Below, piece after piece: positions 22,150 through 26,651 of a DNA stretch of 26,651 bases; position 1 is the first letter of the stretch, and every line of letters begins with the position of its first letter. Source of the stretch: Ginkgo biloba (taxonomy: Eukaryota > Plantae > Ginkgophyta); contig JANKJI020000002.1 in NCBI GenBank assembly GCA_024626585.2, forward strand, positions 150,525,458 through 150,552,108. Direction: 5' to 3'. The notes under the pieces were generated by a model. That model ran no database searches. It was not told the origin of the DNA and saw only the letters and a program-made list of their open reading frames with translations. The position numbers and the translations under genes are program-made.

Positions 22150-23201
22150 GGTTGATAGTTATTACATAAGTTAGTCTTTGATCATAGCTAGAATATAGGT
22201 CAATTGCATTTATAGAAGGCAGTATTTGATTGAAACTGAAAGATAGTGTTTGATCGCAGTTAGAGAGGATAATGTTCATTCACAACTAGTATCAGTGTTC
22301 ATTCACTAATGATCATATGTTCAATCATCTTGTTAAGCAATTAAATACTACACTATAGAGACTGATTAATGAGTTAACATAGCTATATTAGGAGAACTAC
22401 TAAAATCATTAGTTACTATAGTTAGAAGCCCAATAAATACATTAATGTTAGGAAGGGTTGGCACCCTTATGGAAAGGCACACTNNNNNNNNNNNNNNNNN
22501 NNNNNNNNNNNNNNNNNNNNNNNNNNNNNNNNNNNNNNNNNNNNNNNNNNNNNNNNNNNNNNNNNNNNNNNNNNNNNNNNNNNGTAAAGGTCAAGGATAC
22601 TCATCCCTTTTAAGAAGGGAATGGTTGCATTGTACAAGAGAGATCCATTCTTAGGAATCTTACACATACACACTTTAACATTGAGGGAAGAGTCTCAACA
22701 TGGCAACGATAATCACAAGGATTGGAGTAACGCATGAATTTGATAAAGGCTCAAGCACAAAAACATCAATGAAATCCATAACTAGTTTGTACTCTGAATC
22801 TACATACCACTATTAGATGGTTGACAAACATGAACTAACCCAAAGGGTGAAGTACAAATCAATTTCAAGGAAGATTCTGAGGAATTTATGACCAACTAGT
22901 TACATGAGGCTTATGATCTCAACCAACACTCCTAATTTAGATTTAAGTGTATATACAACAAGTGAAAGGAAAGAAAAAAAAATGATGCCAGAAATCCCGG
23001 CATGACCACCACCTCCATTCTCCAACATTCCATGAAGGAAACTAGGTGTTACTATATGAGAGCAAGTTTAGGATAAAACCTAGAAAATTAAAGACAAGGT
23101 GGTTAGGTCCCTTTCATGTTGCAATTATCAACAAAAATGGTTCAGTACAATTGGAGGAATTAGATGGATCCCCATTACCAACATTAGTTAATGGGAGTTG
23201 T
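22150..23201 (+). mobile_element. Non-chromovirus Gypsy (Athila/Tat-like) integrase remnant
   Basis: VLLYESKFRIKPRKLKTRWLGPFHVAIINKNGSVQLEELDGSPLPTLVNGS (23046-23200) matches the integrase C-terminal GPY/F region (VLLYDS.....PGK....WLGP......G.V.L..L.G......VNG.RLK). The upstream extent is poorly resolved. Confidence 0.75.
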
Positions 23202-25200
23202 NNNNNNNNNNNNNNNNNACTATACTTTATATAATTTGAAGACAATAACTTAGTATAGACATTTTCTAATTTGGTATCGGTCAGGTGGATATTTTAAAAA
23301 AAGACATTAAAATATGAATGATATTCAAAATCCAAAAAATAAAAAAAAATACAAGAAAAAATGAAAATGGGTACACAAAAAAGAATTAAATTAAATAATC
23401 ACTGACTAGTGCAGTTCCAAAGATATCGTATGGCACCTATCAAGCCAAGGGAAAAAGAAAATAACAACATGTTCCCATGAATTAACATTAAAGAAGATTG
23501 ATAAAAATTGTCTATTATGGGTAAGGGGGTAGAAGGCTTGTCTGCTAGTTACCCTACCCAATTTTCTTATATACCCACTTGAGTGAGGACACTCAAAATA
23601 TTAGTGTCTAGCAAGATGTTTGCATCATATTTTGGCCTTCTCTAATCTAGCAAACCCTAANNNNNNNNNNNNNNNNNNNNNNNNNNNNNNNNNNNNNNNN
23701 NNNNNNNNNNNNNNNNNNNNNNNNNNNNNNNNNNNNNNNNNNNNNNNNNNNNNNNNNNNNAAGTGAGAAAGAGAGAGAAGAATGAGATACGAATAGACTA
23801 AGGGTTGAGGTTCATAACGATGACAATTTGAATGTCAGTTCAAGTAAACAACCTAAAACAACTTATTTGTTGAAGATTATAATTATGACATTTATTTAAG
23901 ACTTTAGAAAATAAATTAGCAATATTAATTAGAGATAGTGAATTACATATAGTTGAGATCAATAGCTCAATGATTTGATAGGTATTAAGATAAGGAAAAC
24001 ACTATACAGTTATACGAAGTACACTTTTTTACAACTTCAGTGACAACAATTTGGAAAGGCCATTCTAATATTCAATAGTGGCTTCAATATATAATTTATA
24101 TATACATAGACAAATTATCCTATAAAGTATCCATTCTTGAAAACATTAGTGAGTTGTATATAACTTCTAAAATGGACGTCAACCATAGTGACATAATTCT
24201 ATTCACTCATGGTTAAAGATAATTAAATTTGAGATTTAAGATACATCACTTAATGGAACCTACTATTGATTTAGACTTAATTTATTCTATTTATTATTTC
24301 TATAAAAAATTGCCTCTACATTTAGCTAGTAATAGAAATATTAATTATTTAAAGATACGAGAGATAGAAATCAAGTTAGAGGACACTTAAGAAATGAAAA
24401 TTAGTTACCATAAATGCATGGTGATAATATGTCACTTCAAGGCTCTAATCATTATTGTATAACTGATGCTCAAGTTCAAATTTTAAGCCGTTAAGAAATT
24501 TCCCCAAGGTGAAAGTTAAATTTCATTTTATGAGACTCATTTTGAGACACCAAGTACATTAACTTTAACATTCTAAATAAAGAATATAAATACAATGTTG
24601 ATTTTAGTGGCCTATTGATTTTAAAAGGTAACTTTGTAGTGACATCAAATATAGGAATCGATTTCACTTTAAAGTTGGATATAGATACATCATATATAAT
24701 AAAATGATCTTTAAAGATAATTTTTATGGTTGTGAAATATGGGTGGAATAATACAAGGCACAACAACATGTTACACCTATAAATCCACCAAATCACACCA
24801 AAAATAATTCAACCATGTAGAGAATAAAAGCTTTATCGAGAAAAATAGAATTTGAAAATGGATCTAAAAAAGGATAATTCAACTCTAGAGGCAATGTTAG
24901 AATTAGTTGGGTAGAGTCATATAACTTCTAGATTGAATTATAGTCCATGCAATTATATTTCTATATTAGAAATCATAGTGCATATATCTTAATAAAAAAA
25001 TCTTGATAGAATTATTACCTTGAAATAAAATAGAAGTATTTACCTTGAAGGAAATTTCCTAAAATATATTTCCATTATAAGTCTATGGATTAGGTTTTGT
25101 AGGATGAGTAGCAACTACTAGGTTTATGGATGGCCTCTATTTTTTTTTTTTNNNNNNNNNNNNNNNNNNNNNNNNNNNNNNNNNNNNNNNNNNNNNNNNN

Positions 25201-26100
25201 CTAGTTCTCCCTTGGCTCTCACTGGCTCTCCAAACCAATGGTCAAGTGTGGAACATGTTAAGAATATTATATTCACATGGGAGAAGGGGAAAGAAACCCT
25301 CCAAGTCATCCAACTAGTCATCCTTTGTCAAGAAGTTGGAGGATCTTCCTATGATGGATGTTAACCTAGTACCAATATTTGAAGACTTGAAGATTTTGAA
25401 TGAAATTTTATTAATTAACTAGTTGTATGGGTTATGGACATCATCAAATGCCTTAAAATCTNNNNNNNNNNNNNNNNNNNNNNNNNNNNNNNNNNNNNNN
25501 NNNNNNNNNNNNNNNNNNNNNNNNNNNNNGGAGAGGCTTCTTCCTATCCATATTCAAGAGAAACATAGATAGACATTGTATTTTTTAAGGTGGCCCTTGG
25601 TCTATGGTCCAAAGTGGTATGCATCTCAACTATTAGCACATCGAATTTTATCCCATAAAGGAAGTACCTATAGAGGTGACACTCTAGGTACATTTACCTT
25701 TCCTACCTTATTATTTATATAATGAAATAGTTCTTGAAAAATATAGGCAATCTGTTGGGACAATTTGTCAAGGTATCTAAAGGAATCAATCTTAAATAGA
25801 ATATAGCCTATGTAAGAATCTAAATCAAATAAAACATAGATTTAGGATTATTATATGCCATCAATTTTAACATTTGAGGTTATTAACACATATAACTACT
25901 TGATTACAAAATCATTCCTTATAAATGTAATCATTATCATGATTATGAGAATTTTGTTTGTCACTACCTAAAAAATCCTTAGGAATAAGATCAAGTCCAA
26001 TCTATAAATAAGGATAGATTCTAACTAGTTAAACAGATCAGATAGGTTATTTAGACAAAAGAGGTAATAACTAAATGATTATACTAAGAAGTGATGTCCA
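25201..26100 (+). mobile_element. L1-type LINE ORF1 remnant, same family as 4050-4912; probably continues to the window end
   Basis: FVKKLEDLPMMDVNLVPIFEDLKILNEILLIN*LYGLW, RGFFLSIFKRNIDRHCIF*GGPWSM, VHLPFLPYY, IGNLLGQFVKV, AYVRI and LDYKIIPYKCNHYHDYENFVCHY are collinear with the minus-strand copy. Confidence 0.85.
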
Positions 26101-26651
26101 AGTCCACACACTAAAAAGTGGAATGAGGAAGAGTTCTAGAAAAACACACTAAAAATTTTAAAGCAAGCAACAATAGGCTACTAAATTAATTTTAGATATT
26201 GGAGAATATTGATCAAGACATTAAGATGGAGCAATCAAACCACAACAAAGATGATATAACCCCAAGAGGAACATCACCACAGTTAAAAGGTGAAGAAGGA
26301 CTAGGTGAGATAGTTATGCTTGAAAGGCTTAAGATAAGAAAGGAAGTAATGCAAGCAATACATTAAATCATTTAGTGATTAAACATGAGAAACACAAAAG
26401 AAAGATTAAAGCAATGTCAACCCCAAGCAAATAAGTGCTTATAGATTCTAATCGAGCAAAAGAGAAATAATTGAACATGTTAATCATTGTAATGGAAAAA
26501 TATGATAGCATGATATAATAGGACTATCAAGAGTATGTTCCTTGCTCCCTTCTAATGGATAACCTCATTATGGAAGAGATAGACACAAGATCTCCATTAA
26601 GAGGTAGTGATAGACCCAATTTGATGGGACAATGATCTAATAAAACACTCA

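Overview
AT-rich eukaryotic nuclear DNA from a plant, in a fragmented draft assembly with about 24 N-gaps, many exactly 100 N, so adjacency across gaps is uncertain. The repeat families resemble those of gymnosperms, but that assignment is an inference. The window is mostly nested, decayed transposable elements: a Helitron Rep/helicase, two L1-type LINE ORF1 copies, a tRNA-derived SINE, a CACTA transposase remnant, several Ty3/Gypsy pieces (including a chromodomain-bearing CRM-like element interrupted twice by one LTR family), and a local duplication offset by about 1.74 kb. It holds one host gene, a two-exon thaumatin-like (PR-5) locus at 7936-8833. Its signal-peptide exon starts with ATC rather than ATG, and it has lost 6 of the 16 canonical cysteines while keeping an open frame. 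The most unusual unexplained structures are this locus, an exact 92-bp tandem array with a palindrome in each unit (about 3140-3752), and an unidentified decayed ORF-like stretch at about 23.8-24.9 kb. I see no convincing evidence of a complete new multi-gene system. All family calls come from manual motif recognition, not database searches.
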